From a virus (lineage: Duplodnaviria > Caudoviricetes), in IMG/VR virus record IMGVR_UViG_3300025038_000008, positions 1 through 44,395 of that record: 44,395 bases of DNA. One strand, 5' to 3'. Shown in pieces: positions 29,120 through 37,531 of this stretch. Below the pieces are notes generated by a model. It saw nothing but the letters and a program-made list of their open reading frames with translations, was not told the DNA's origin and made no database searches. Made by a program: the position numbers and the translations under genes. Each line of letters starts with the position of its first letter. Within the stretch, counting starts at the first letter, position 1.

Positions 29120-29652
29120 TAAGCGACATCATCAATGCTTAGCAACTCGTCAGCATCGCCAATGCGCTCAATGCGTGTTACCTTGCTGCGCCAGTCATCA
29201 CCAAACCAAAACACCAGCCCCTCATCGCCTTTTACTGCGGTAAACTCAATGAGTTTTTTACCGTCTGCATCTATACCCGCTATCTTAAACAGATTGTTTT
29301 TATAAACAGCCATTACAATGCTTTTTAACTGCGCTTGCACCGCCTCAGCAACTTTGGCGCTGTTTGGGTTTTGAGCCACTTTGTTAATCATAGCTTTGTT
29401 TGGTTGCAATCTATTTATAAAGTTTGTCATGTCGTTATCCTTGTTGATCGTTTTTAAAAACTGGTTTATATTAAATTGCTTTTTATCTAGTAACGCACTG
29501 ACCTCTGTTGCAACCCAGCCGGATATTTGGCGATCACCGCTCATCCACTGCCTTACACGGCGGCTATCAATGTTTAAATCTCGTGCCATGTTTGATTGCC
29601 ATTGGTCGCCGTATAGCAAGCGACCTGCTTGCTCTAACTGTTTTATATCCAT
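29119..29652 (-). CDS. N-terminal HTH (Aca-like) fused to a ~100-aa domain of unknown function
   Basis: LYGDQWQSNMARDLNIDSRRVRQW helix-turn-helix; internal AAGGA RBS before Met75 (29430). Confidence 0.7.
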   Translation of the reverse strand: MDIKQLEQAGRLLYGDQWQSNMARDLNIDSRRVRQWMSGDRQISGWVATEVSALLDKKQFNINQFLKTINKDNDMTNFINRLQPNKAMINKVAQNPNSAKVAEAVQAQLKSIVMAVYKNNLFKIAGIDADGKKLIEFTAVKGDEGLVFWFGDDWRSKVTRIERIGDADELLSIDDVA

Positions 29653-29660
29653 TACTACCT

Positions 29661-30161
29661 CTATGCGTATTTGCGATATGGGTTTAAGTTACCTGCGTCG
29701 CTGTAACCCTCATTCATAATATTGTCATACATTTGAGCACGTGATACCTGACTGCGTTTAGCGGCTTGCTTGATGGCTGATGTCTTAATGCTTTTGGCAA
29801 TACTCATAACTAATTTTAAGCAGATTGCAAAAGTTGCTTGGTAACTATCGCCAGCCTTAACAGTCGCTTTAGTTAATTTGTGAGCTACTTTAAAGATGTT
29901 TGATTTGCTAGTAGACTTATTAAGAGCAACCTCAGCATCAACTACTGCAACTGGTGCTGCTTGCTCGATGTCCATAATGCGCACTACAGTGCCGCTAGCA
30001 TAAGTGGTTACGATAGAGTGGACAGCGTGATGGTTTTTAGTGCGATCACGGCGAGATACGCAAATCTCCTCACCAATTACAACATCGCCAAAATGCGCCG
30101 GAATCCAAGCACCCCAAGTGCCGTCAGATAGTTTTTTGTATGTGATTGATTGCTTAGCCAT
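29661..30161 (-). CDS. Hypothetical protein, first gene of the acr cassette
   Basis: AGGAG RBS before ATG at 30161 (MAKQSITY); 166 aa. Confidence 0.7.
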   Translation of the reverse strand: MAKQSITYKKLSDGTWGAWIPAHFGDVVIGEEICVSRRDRTKNHHAVHSIVTTYASGTVVRIMDIEQAAPVAVVDAEVALNKSTSKSNIFKVAHKLTKATVKAGDSYQATFAICLKLVMSIAKSIKTSAIKQAAKRSQVSRAQMYDNIMNEGYSDAGNLNPYRKYA

Positions 30162-30216
30162 GATGTATCTCCTAGATGATGACTGGCTCTGTAGCCTTGT
30201 CGTTGTTGATATGGTT

Positions 30217-30245
30217 ATAGTACCTAATTTTAGGCACACCGTCAA
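30217..30245 (-). promoter_or_regulatory. Strong sigma70 promoter of the acr cassette with a palindromic operator in the spacer
   Basis: TTGACG, GTGTGCCTAAAATTAGG (17 nt), TACTAT; CCTAA-AA-TTAGG inverted repeat. Confidence 0.8.
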
Positions 30246-30296
30246 GCGATTAATGCAAAATAACTTAAAATAAATCCCGCGCATTGCGGGAGTCTC

Positions 30297-30698
30297 TTAC
30301 GCTAAATACTGCTCAATCATGCGCTCAGCCTGTTTTAGCATGAGTCCGACATGACGATGATCTGACCGCTTTTTATCCTCATGCTCCCAATCTAAATGCG
30401 CCAGCCGTGGATATTCGATGTCCGTCAGATAGTGCTGGGCAATCTCTTTAGCTGTCCAGCATCGGTAGTATTTGCGTATTACCATCTCTGCTAGCACCTC
30501 GTAATCACGTCTGAGCGCCGTTATAGCAGCACCGACTAACATTGCATCGTCATCGCTGATATAGTGCGCTCTCGGCGCTCTGCGTGTCTCTGCTACGTTA
30601 CCGCGCATCATGAGCAAACAAGGGCTTATATACCCTAGCCCACTGCTATCTGACCGACTCCATGCGCCCCACGCTGCTAGTTTATCTTTAATATCCAT
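30297..30698 (-). CDS. Q: Late-gene antiterminator Q
   Basis: LAAWGAWSR...LGY...ISDDDAMLV pattern of Q-family proteins; last gene of the nin region. Confidence 0.8.
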   Translation of the reverse strand: MDIKDKLAAWGAWSRSDSSGLGYISPCLLMMRGNVAETRRAPRAHYISDDDAMLVGAAITALRRDYEVLAEMVIRKYYRCWTAKEIAQHYLTDIEYPRLAHLDWEHEDKKRSDHRHVGLMLKQAERMIEQYLA

Positions 30699-31186
30699 CA
30701 ATCCCTCACCCATGCCAAATCATCCGGTGTCAACAAAAACAAACCTTGCGTGTAGCAAAACCTGTAAATGTCATCTAAATACTCACCCATCTGCTTGTCG
30801 TTAGCCTTGGTCGTGCTCACCAGACTGACCACCTCTTTTGCTATCATGTCGTAATGCTGCAAGTCCAAACCTTGTAGCGCCTTAATTGAATCGCACATTG
30901 CAGCAAACGACAGACTATCTCTGTAGTAAATCTTGAGTAAAAACCGCCTCTTAAAATCGTAATGCACGCCTTCCTTGGCATCACCCCACTCATCAGCCGC
31001 CTGTGTTACCCACATCCAGTAGAGCCTATTCTGCGCCAGTGACCGCTTACGGCTCTCAGGTTGAATTACTACCTCTAGCACCTCATCGCTGCTCTGATGC
31101 GCTAAAAACAAGGCTTTGACGCAGTTATCGCGTACCGCCTCGCTTGTTAATCTAAAATACTGAGGTTTCGCCTTTTTCTTGGTCAT
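30698..31186 (-). CDS. ninB: NinB/YbcN-family recombination protein
   Basis: KRSLAQNRLYWMW...STTK...MGEYLDDI. Confidence 0.75.
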   Translation of the reverse strand: MTKKKAKPQYFRLTSEAVRDNCVKALFLAHQSSDEVLEVVIQPESRKRSLAQNRLYWMWVTQAADEWGDAKEGVHYDFKRRFLLKIYYRDSLSFAAMCDSIKALQGLDLQHYDMIAKEVVSLVSTTKANDKQMGEYLDDIYRFCYTQGLFLLTPDDLAWVRD

Positions 31187-31454
31187 CCAATACCTCGTTG
31201 ATAAATTTAAGTTTGCGATTAAACCAATCCATCTGCTGCTGCCTTGTCTGCTGTGATAAGTTCTGATCTAAATCGGCATGGCATGAATAACACAAAGGGA
31301 TTGTATAGCAGTCATCTGCCTTAACCCCCTTGCCCTTACCATGTATGCCAAAGTTGCTATGAGCGGCTTGATTTGGTGCATCAGCGCCGCACTCACAGCA
31401 AATCATCTTACGAATGGCTTTTAGCCTGTCGTTATCGCGCTTACTCACTGTCAA
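31152..31454 (-). CDS. HNH-like zinc-binding protein (DUF968/DUF1364-like)
   Basis: CCECG...AAH...GKGVKADD..TIPLCYSCH. Confidence 0.7.
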   Translation of the reverse strand: MTVSKRDNDRLKAIRKMICCECGADAPNQAAHSNFGIHGKGKGVKADDCYTIPLCYSCHADLDQNLSQQTRQQQMDWFNRKLKFINEVLDDQEKGETSVF

Positions 31455-31959
31455 ACCACATCAAAAACATTAGGCAGCAAGTCGCATGGGCTAAATGCGG
31501 CAAACCTGTCTCGCTGTCTTTAATCTCACCACCAAACCAAGCGTCGATGTGCCGTAATGCAGCATCGTAGTAGCGCGTCTTTGCGTTTGGCACTTTTTGC
31601 CAGTTGTTGTCTGCGTATTTTTTTGAACCAAACTCCAACACATCGACCACGCTATTAACCGTGCCTTTTGGTAGCAAGCTGTAACGTCGCTTTGCACTGT
31701 CATCTTTGCGGCCTTTAATTAAATCACCTAAATACTCATTGATGCACTTTGACTCTGTTTTGAGATAATCTGATAATAATTTTTCGGATGTTATCGTGCT
31801 GAATTTTTCCAAAAAACTGCCTTTGAAGTAACTCGCTGTCCAAGTCTCGCCAAAAGATGATTTTGCTTTGTTGTGAATCACTACCAAGCGACTCGCAACC
31901 CTCGGCTTTCTTGTATCTTTTTTATTAATCCAAACACTACGAAGCTCAATATCACTCAT
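31441..31959 (-). CDS. dATP/dGTP diphosphohydrolase-domain (DUF5664-like) protein with N-terminal extension
   Basis: KDDSAKRRYSLLP...VLEFGSKKYADNNW...YYDAALRH...ETGLPHLAHATCCLMFL. Confidence 0.8.
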   Translation of the reverse strand: MSDIELRSVWINKKDTRKPRVASRLVVIHNKAKSSFGETWTASYFKGSFLEKFSTITSEKLLSDYLKTESKCINEYLGDLIKGRKDDSAKRRYSLLPKGTVNSVVDVLEFGSKKYADNNWQKVPNAKTRYYDAALRHIDAWFGGEIKDSETGLPHLAHATCCLMFLMWFDSE

Positions 31960-32117
31960 AACAACTCCTCAAAATCTTGCAAAAAGATAAACTTACGCAC
32001 TGGCATTGGTGTCTGACTATCTGCTGCTTGGTACGTCACCAGCTCATTACTCACATACAAAACCAACACCGACTGCCTTGTTTCTTTGTTGACCCAAATC
32101 TTGTCTTTGCTAATCAT
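31956..32117 (-). CDS. Small hypothetical protein (53 aa, not in ORF track)
   Basis: MISKDKIWVNKETRQSVLV...FEELL, coupled to neighbours. Confidence 0.5.
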   Translation of the reverse strand: MISKDKIWVNKETRQSVLVLYVSNELVTYQAADSQTPMPVRKFIFLQDFEELL

Positions 32118-32454
32118 TGGTTACTCCTTTACTTCTCACCCATTCGCCCTTTTTCTTATCGTAATAAGCCCAGTTTTCAGTACCTTTCCAGTACGAACCA
32201 TCATTCCATGTGGTTTGTATTCCAGCGTTTGGCACTCGGTAGCAGTGCTTGATAAACGGCCAATAATCCTTATACGTCAAAGGTTTTATTACGTGCTTAA
32301 AAACCCTACCGTAAGATACTGCTATTCTTGATGCTTCCAAAAAAGCCGCTATTAAAACCAAAAGAACGACAGCCAATACCAACACGAAAACAAATCGCAA
32401 ACTTGTCAGCACTTCACCCCACGAGAACATGAAAAAATCAATCATAACGCCCAC
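32110..32454 (-). CDS. Hypothetical membrane protein
   Basis: One long hydrophobic segment near the N-terminus. Confidence 0.55.
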   Translation of the reverse strand: MGVMIDFFMFSWGEVLTSLRFVFVLVLAVVLLVLIAAFLEASRIAVSYGRVFKHVIKPLTYKDYWPFIKHCYRVPNAGIQTTWNDGSYWKGTENWAYYDKKKGEWVRSKGVTND

Positions 32455-32543
32455 CTACCCATTTAATTAACTTCAAGCTACCATTGCATCAAACCAACTC
32501 TTAAACCTCACCTTGAGCCGATTTGATGCGTTTTTGTGCGTGT

Positions 32544-32915
32544 TTATCGCTTAATGCCCATGTAATCCAACAACTCGTCAAAGGCTGCTTTATAGCCGCT
32601 TCTCACTACTGCCAAATAACCTTCGTCTGAGAGCATTTGTAAGCGCTCCTTTTGGTCGTCTGAGGTAGTGCCCCCACTTTCATCTTTAAGCTCAATACGC
32701 AAGCCGTGGTAGCCATTACGAGCTATATCTATCACCAAGTCTGGGTAGCCGCTCTTAACCCCGCTATGTTTCAACCCTGCTGCGACTCGTTTACTCCGCT
32801 TACCGCCATTCGGTACGTGTACGATGTAATCCGCTAGCGTCCTGCCCTTGTAAGGTATTTTCTTTGCATCGCGGATAATCTTGTTTTGTATTTGCTGTTC
32901 TGATAGTTCGGTCAT
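32544..32915 (-). CDS. VRR-NUC domain nuclease
   Basis: HVPNGGKR...GVKSGYPDL...IELK...Q. Confidence 0.85.
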   Translation of the reverse strand: MTELSEQQIQNKIIRDAKKIPYKGRTLADYIVHVPNGGKRSKRVAAGLKHSGVKSGYPDLVIDIARNGYHGLRIELKDESGGTTSDDQKERLQMLSDEGYLAVVRSGYKAAFDELLDYMGIKR

Positions 32916-33325
32916 TCGGCAGCCTCGTATTTCTCAAAGTAAAAAACCACATCAATATCAGTCTCAACAACCAATCCATACCGCTTGGCTTTTTGATAGC
33001 TTGCATATTTTGGGTCTGTGTTGAGCGTCTTAACTCTATCCTTAATGACTCTGCGCCAGCTCTCTAGTGTCATGCTCGATTTGTCGTTATTACACTTGAC
33101 ACAGGACGGCATCATGTTGTCGATATGGTCATGCTCTGGCTTACGCATATCACCGCTTTTGCTTTTCATCGTCCGTGACTTTTCGCACTTATACCAAATC
33201 ACTTCGCGCTCGACTGGCTCTAAGTGGTCGGCTTGCCATCGGTTGTTTAGCTCAATGCCGCAATATGAGCATTTGCCGCCGAATTTTTTCTTTAATACCT
33301 CGCGCTGTTCTTTGTTTAATCTCAC
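32912..33325 (-). CDS. HNH endonuclease
   Basis: CSYCG...ADH...NMMPSCVKCNNDK. Confidence 0.85.
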   Translation of the reverse strand: MRLNKEQREVLKKKFGGKCSYCGIELNNRWQADHLEPVEREVIWYKCEKSRTMKSKSGDMRKPEHDHIDNMMPSCVKCNNDKSSMTLESWRRVIKDRVKTLNTDPKYASYQKAKRYGLVVETDIDVVFYFEKYEAAE

Positions 33326-33328
33326 ACC

Positions 33329-33463
33329 CTACCCCTTAATAATCTGCTCAAAACTCTTGCGGCTCATTGTTTCTTTGCTGCCGTCTGTGTATGTGATAAC
33401 CACCGTGTCCGCCTTAACCCACTCCATGCGCTGTACCGTCTTTTTGTTGTAGATGTTTTTCAC
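33329..33463 (-). CDS. Small hypothetical protein (44 aa, GTG start)
   Basis: MKNIYNKK...FEQIIKG fills the gap in the operon. Confidence 0.4.
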   Translation of the reverse strand: MKNIYNKKTVQRMEWVKADTVVITYTDGSKETMSRKSFEQIIKG

Positions 33464-33479
33464 GCGCTGACCTTCCCAA

Positions 33480-33674
33480 TCAAATAACCAAAAGTAAAAA
33501 TATCGGCAATGCTAAAACGTAAGTGCTAGCTAGTCTCTCGTACCAATTAAACCCAAAAGACACGGCTGTGCTTTTTGATGCTCGATGCGCTAGCAGTGCA
33601 AATCTATAAGCGATGAAGTAAGCGCAGATTAAATACGCGATCATTAACCCATTCACCAAGTCATTTATGTTCAT
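33480..33674 (-). CDS. Small hypothetical membrane protein
   Basis: Two hydrophobic segments; coupled start/stop. Confidence 0.5.
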   Translation of the reverse strand: MNINDLVNGLMIAYLICAYFIAYRFALLAHRASKSTAVSFGFNWYERLASTYVLALPIFLLLVI

Positions 33675-34132
33675 GCGCGAACCACCGCATAACTGTTAAC
33701 CAAATCCACTTTCAAATCTTCGTCATACTCTTTCTTAATCCTTGCTCGCAGCTCGTCACAAAACCCATTACCAAAACCAAATATCACCTTGGATAATGCT
33801 CGCTGCCCACCTTTGACTGTAAATACCATTCCCTCTAGTCCTCGCTTATATCCGTCCGTATCTATGATATGCAGCGTTACTTGAAACTTACGCTCGCGCC
33901 TCATGATCTCGCCGCGCTTTTGGTTAGCCCGCCAATCCTCTGTAAACTCAGCTCTATCCGCCGCCCTTTTGTAATCGTCATCATGAAGGAATATCTTGAA
34001 ATAGCCGTCATACACTGGCTCAAACTTCTCAGGCTCAGGCTCTGCTTGTCCTAAATAAACCTTCCTAGCTAGCGCGTCACGCTTTTGGGCTTCTCGCTTC
34101 TTTTGCGCTGCTGTCTTTTTGTTTCTGCTCAT
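33671..34132 (-). CDS. Hypothetical protein
   Basis: 153 aa, coupled within the early right operon. Confidence 0.6.
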   Translation of the reverse strand: MSRNKKTAAQKKREAQKRDALARKVYLGQAEPEPEKFEPVYDGYFKIFLHDDDYKRAADRAEFTEDWRANQKRGEIMRRERKFQVTLHIIDTDGYKRGLEGMVFTVKGGQRALSKVIFGFGNGFCDELRARIKKEYDEDLKVDLVNSYAVVRA

Positions 34133-34320
34133 ACCCCACCCCTTGCTATATCTGCTTCCAGTTGCGCCTCAATCTGCACAATATCTAGCCTATCCATCAA
34201 CGCAGCCTCTTTGTGCTTGCCGCTATACTCAAACGCTGGTATCTGCCAGTATTTGCCGTCCTCTAAAACCTCGCCGGACAGCTTGCCGTCTTTGTGTTCA
34301 ATCATTGTTATCTGTCTCAT
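34129..34320 (-). CDS. Hypothetical protein
   Basis: 63 aa, coupled start/stop. Confidence 0.55.
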   Translation of the reverse strand: MRQITMIEHKDGKLSGEVLEDGKYWQIPAFEYSGKHKEAALMDRLDIVQIEAQLEADIARGGV

Positions 34321-35174
34321 AGGTACGCCACCTTAGCCACTGACTGACGATAGCTAGGCCAGTCGCATTGGATGATGATCAGATTCTCTTGCAGACGATC
34401 CCAAGCCCTATCGCCTAGATGATCAACGACCTGATCAGGCGTTAAGTTAGTGGTGATCACCGTTGGTCGTTTTTGGTAGCGTTTGTTGATAATCTGACCA
34501 ACACGACCTCGATCAGTTGCAGCCATAGCCTCATTGCTAGCGGTATCACTGTCACCCAAATCATCGATGATCAATAGCTCCATGTTTGACAATCGATCTA
34601 TCAGTTGGTGCTCACTATCGCCATAAGTGCCCCATGTGGCCTTGGCTTGATCAGTAATATCTCTTGATGTGATCAGTTGAGCGCATGATCTGCCAGCTTG
34701 ATAAGCATCTGTGTTTTTATCTACGTCTATTGCGGCCGCTTTGCGATATACCGCTTTAGCTAAAGCATTGGCTAACATCGTCTTTCCTGACCCAGTACCG
34801 CCCACCAGCATGATGTTTGGTAGCTTGCCGTTGCGACCATCAATGCCGATAATCTTAATTTTTGATGCTATATTTTTAAGTGTGTCGATAATCTTTTGCT
34901 GACGTTCTGCTTGATCTTGATCAAAGCGCCATTCGTCAAAACGCTTGCCGTCTGGATTGACGCCATTTGATTTCATGATGGATTTGTATTTCTTGTAAAT
35001 TGCATCGGCGTTCTCTTTGGCTGCCTTTTCTTTTTGTGCTGCTTCACATTGCTTGCAGACTGGATTCATAACTGCTATTTGATAATGATCAGTTAATCCG
35101 TGTTGATCACATTCCGCTTGCACGTCTTTTGGACTAAAATCCATGCCGCTTTCAATCATTGCTGATAAATTCAT
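34317..35174 (-). CDS. DnaC/IstB-like ATPase (helicase loader)
   Basis: GGTGSGKT Walker A, LLIIDDLG Walker B, PTVITTNL, DRL; N-terminal CxxH...CxxC. Confidence 0.88.
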   Translation of the reverse strand: MNLSAMIESGMDFSPKDVQAECDQHGLTDHYQIAVMNPVCKQCEAAQKEKAAKENADAIYKKYKSIMKSNGVNPDGKRFDEWRFDQDQAERQQKIIDTLKNIASKIKIIGIDGRNGKLPNIMLVGGTGSGKTMLANALAKAVYRKAAAIDVDKNTDAYQAGRSCAQLITSRDITDQAKATWGTYGDSEHQLIDRLSNMELLIIDDLGDSDTASNEAMAATDRGRVGQIINKRYQKRPTVITTNLTPDQVVDHLGDRAWDRLQENLIIIQCDWPSYRQSVAKVAYL

Positions 35175-36127
35175 GTTGGCTCTCCTAACATGTCGTCGAT
35201 ATTTGTGTTGGGCGCTACAATGTTCGATTTGTTAGCACCTGCCCAGTTGTTGTTTACTGCGAGTCTGTCCGTACTACGATCAATCGTTTTTGCTGTGGCT
35301 GTCTGATTAAACTTGCTGATTGCTTGCTCACAACGCTTGTTACTGTCGATAGCGTTTTTGATCAGCACTTGCTTGTTTTGTTGATGCCAGTTGCTATTGA
35401 TGACTGATTGCATTGCCGTACGTATTTCTTCCTCGGTAAAAGTCTTTAACCGTGATTTAACTGTGTCTATCCAAACTGAGTGTTTTACATTCGCCTTGTC
35501 TCCTTTTCCATGATTGTCGTTCCAATAATCAATTAGTGCTTTTGCTTGATCAGTTGTTTGATCAACCTTTTTGCTTTTTGCTGTTTTCTTTGGTTTTTCC
35601 TGATCATCTGGCTCACTATCACAAGTATTAGTATTCTTGTGTAAAGGTTCTTGTGTAGTAGTTCTAGTGTGGTGGTCAGATTGACCATGCTTGTCGGACA
35701 AATTGACCACCCTTTCGGTCAAAATGACCGGACTTTCGGTCAAATTGACCATGCTCGTATCTTCTAAGGGTGGTCTTTTTGACCATGCTTCATCACCTAC
35801 CAACTCTCTTATTCGTTCTACGTTTACGGAAAACTCGTGCATATTATTGAAGCTTGGCGACATAGTGATCACACCTAAATCAGCTAGTTTTTCTACAGCT
35901 CTGCGTATCGTTTTTTCGCCTAAGCCAGTTCCATAACGTTTATCATTGATAAATTGCGAGTAAGCGATGGTGTCCTCATTTCGCCCCCAACCGCCAGTCT
36001 TGCACCAGATGAATTGAAGGCAAGCGTAGGTATTGCCATTCTTTAGCACTCGTTGCATCTGCAATATAATGTTTGGCACTCTTACAAAGTCATTCATTAG
36101 TAGCTCTTGCCTTTCGTCATCGGTCAT
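35171..36127 (-). CDS. Replication initiator (lambda O-like)
   Basis: FVRVPN...KTGGWG...I...QF winged-helix N-terminus; internal iterons; upstream of loader. Confidence 0.82.
   Translation of the reverse strand: MTDDERQELLMNDFVRVPNIILQMQRVLKNGNTYACLQFIWCKTGGWGRNEDTIAYSQFINDKRYGTGLGEKTIRRAVEKLADLGVITMSPSFNNMHEFSVNVERIRELVGDEAWSKRPPLEDTSMVNLTESPVILTERVVNLSDKHGQSDHHTRTTTQEPLHKNTNTCDSEPDDQEKPKKTAKSKKVDQTTDQAKALIDYWNDNHGKGDKANVKHSVWIDTVKSRLKTFTEEEIRTAMQSVINSNWHQQNKQVLIKNAIDSNKRCEQAISKFNQTATAKTIDRSTDRLAVNNNWAGANKSNIVAPNTNIDDMLGEPT
35674..35784. promoter_or_regulatory. Replication origin iterons
   Basis: Five GG(T/A)C-N5-GACC palindromes at 35674, 35696, 35717, 35738, 35772 inside the initiator gene. 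Confidence 0.8.
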
Positions 36128-36202
36128 GATTTAATACTCCTTGTAAGCTCCTATGCTTGCTTAGTTGTTGAACGCTGATCAGTTTGCCCTGATTGGCGTT
36201 TT

Positions 36203-37165
36203 TTATTGCCTGTTGCCCGCAGCAACTACCTGCTTGACCGTTGCATCAACCCCTGCCGCGATAGCTTCAAACTCTTTGTAAGCGACCTCTTTTGATTTAT
36301 CCTCTAGCAAAATCCAGCCTAATATCGTTTTGCTGTCATAAACCGTGTAAATATCAAGATTGAATAGCTTGGATAGGAGTGTCATTGAAGCTGCAACCAA
36401 TCTTGTGCTGTTGGTGAATTGGTCGGCTGCTACCATCTGGCCAGTTGCTAATGCTGCTTGCATTGCTCGCTTTGACTTGCTATCAAAGTTACCCTTGAGC
36501 TTTACGTCTGACTGATAGACTTCAAATTGATTTAAAGCAAAATAAGACTTCCTGTTTAGCGCGCTCGCGATTCTTACTGTCTGTAAACCAGCTTGCGCTA
36601 ACTTCTTTAGGTCAAACTTTTGCTGTCTATACAAGCAACCTGCGCCAGTGCCACCTGATCTTTCTGCCATCTCTATTAACTGACCTGCTTTTAATTGCTT
36701 GGCTAGCTCGTCGCGTCTGATATTTGATTCAATCTGAATCTGCGGAAGTGCTCGACCAGCTTTATGCTTGGCACGTTTTCTAGTTGATGGGTAATTATGC
36801 TTTTTAACTTTCTTTGGTTGCTCACTGGCTTTTGATTTAGTGCGCTGCTCTCGCTTCCAAATAGCTATCTGCTTGGCGATTTTCTTAGCGTCCTGAGCCT
36901 CTTTTTTAGCTAGGTTTTTCAGCGCTTCTTTATGCTCACGCTGGGCTTTAGCGCGTGCCACCTTGCGCTCTCTCGGTGACATTTCGCGCAATCGCAAGTC
37001 GCTGGTGTCCGCTACGCTGCGAATGATGCCGCCGTTTGGTTTGTTCTCGGCGCGTTTGTGTGGAAACTGGTCGAGCCATGCTTCTACTGCATCGACGGCT
37101 ATTGCTGTATCGCTATTTTTTGGGTAGCTGCTCATTGGTGGAAAGTGCACTTCTCTGTCTGACAT
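36203..37165 (-). CDS. Hypothetical basic protein
   Basis: 320 aa, Lys/Arg-rich middle, GGAG RBS. Confidence 0.65.
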   Translation of the reverse strand: MSDREVHFPPMSSYPKNSDTAIAVDAVEAWLDQFPHKRAENKPNGGIIRSVADTSDLRLREMSPRERKVARAKAQREHKEALKNLAKKEAQDAKKIAKQIAIWKREQRTKSKASEQPKKVKKHNYPSTRKRAKHKAGRALPQIQIESNIRRDELAKQLKAGQLIEMAERSGGTGAGCLYRQQKFDLKKLAQAGLQTVRIASALNRKSYFALNQFEVYQSDVKLKGNFDSKSKRAMQAALATGQMVAADQFTNSTRLVAASMTLLSKLFNLDIYTVYDSKTILGWILLEDKSKEVAYKEFEAIAAGVDATVKQVVAAGNRQ

Positions 37166-37174
37166 GGCTGGCTC

Positions 37175-37384
37175 CTATGCAAAATGGATTAGTGTGTAAA
37201 TGGCGATAGCGGCACATGAGATGACAAAAACCAATGATTTAATGCTGTGCCAAAACTGAGTGTTGACATTGCGTTTGCGCTGCTTTTCTTCCTTGATGGT
37301 GTTCATGTTTTTCTCCTTGATTTTGGCCTGCTCGTCCTGAGCGTCGATTGCTAATGCGAGATATGCGCCGTGTTCATTTTTCAT
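37175..37384 (-). CDS. Hypothetical protein with C-terminal TM segment
   Basis: Probable start MKNEH at 37384; hydrophobic C-terminus. Confidence 0.5.
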   Translation of the reverse strand: MKNEHGAYLALAIDAQDEQAKIKEKNMNTIKEEKQRKRNVNTQFWHSIKSLVFVISCAAIAIYTLIHFA

Positions 37385-37529
37385 TGTCTTTGCCCCATGT
37401 AGTTGTCTTAGCTGTTTCTGATAACTGGTAGGTTTTACCGCCTGCAAATGTGACCACCTCTTTGCATCTCTGCTTTTCTTCTACGTGTTCAAACTCACGC
37501 TTCCAAGCTAGATCGTCTTGTGTGTTCAT
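37374..37529 (-). CDS. Small hypothetical protein (51 aa, not in ORF track)
   Basis: MNTQDDLAWKREF...GKDNEK immediately after cII. Confidence 0.4.
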   Translation of the reverse strand: MNTQDDLAWKREFEHVEEKQRCKEVVTFAGGKTYQLSETAKTTTWGKDNEK

Positions 37530-37531
37530 AA

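Noticed and set aside
30162-30284. N-terminal 41-codon extension of ORF 29661-30284
   Set aside because: It spans the promoter; the RBS-supported start is 30161
31441-31959. Z-genome (2-aminoadenine) biosynthesis
   Set aside because: No purZ or dedicated DNA polymerase in the prophage
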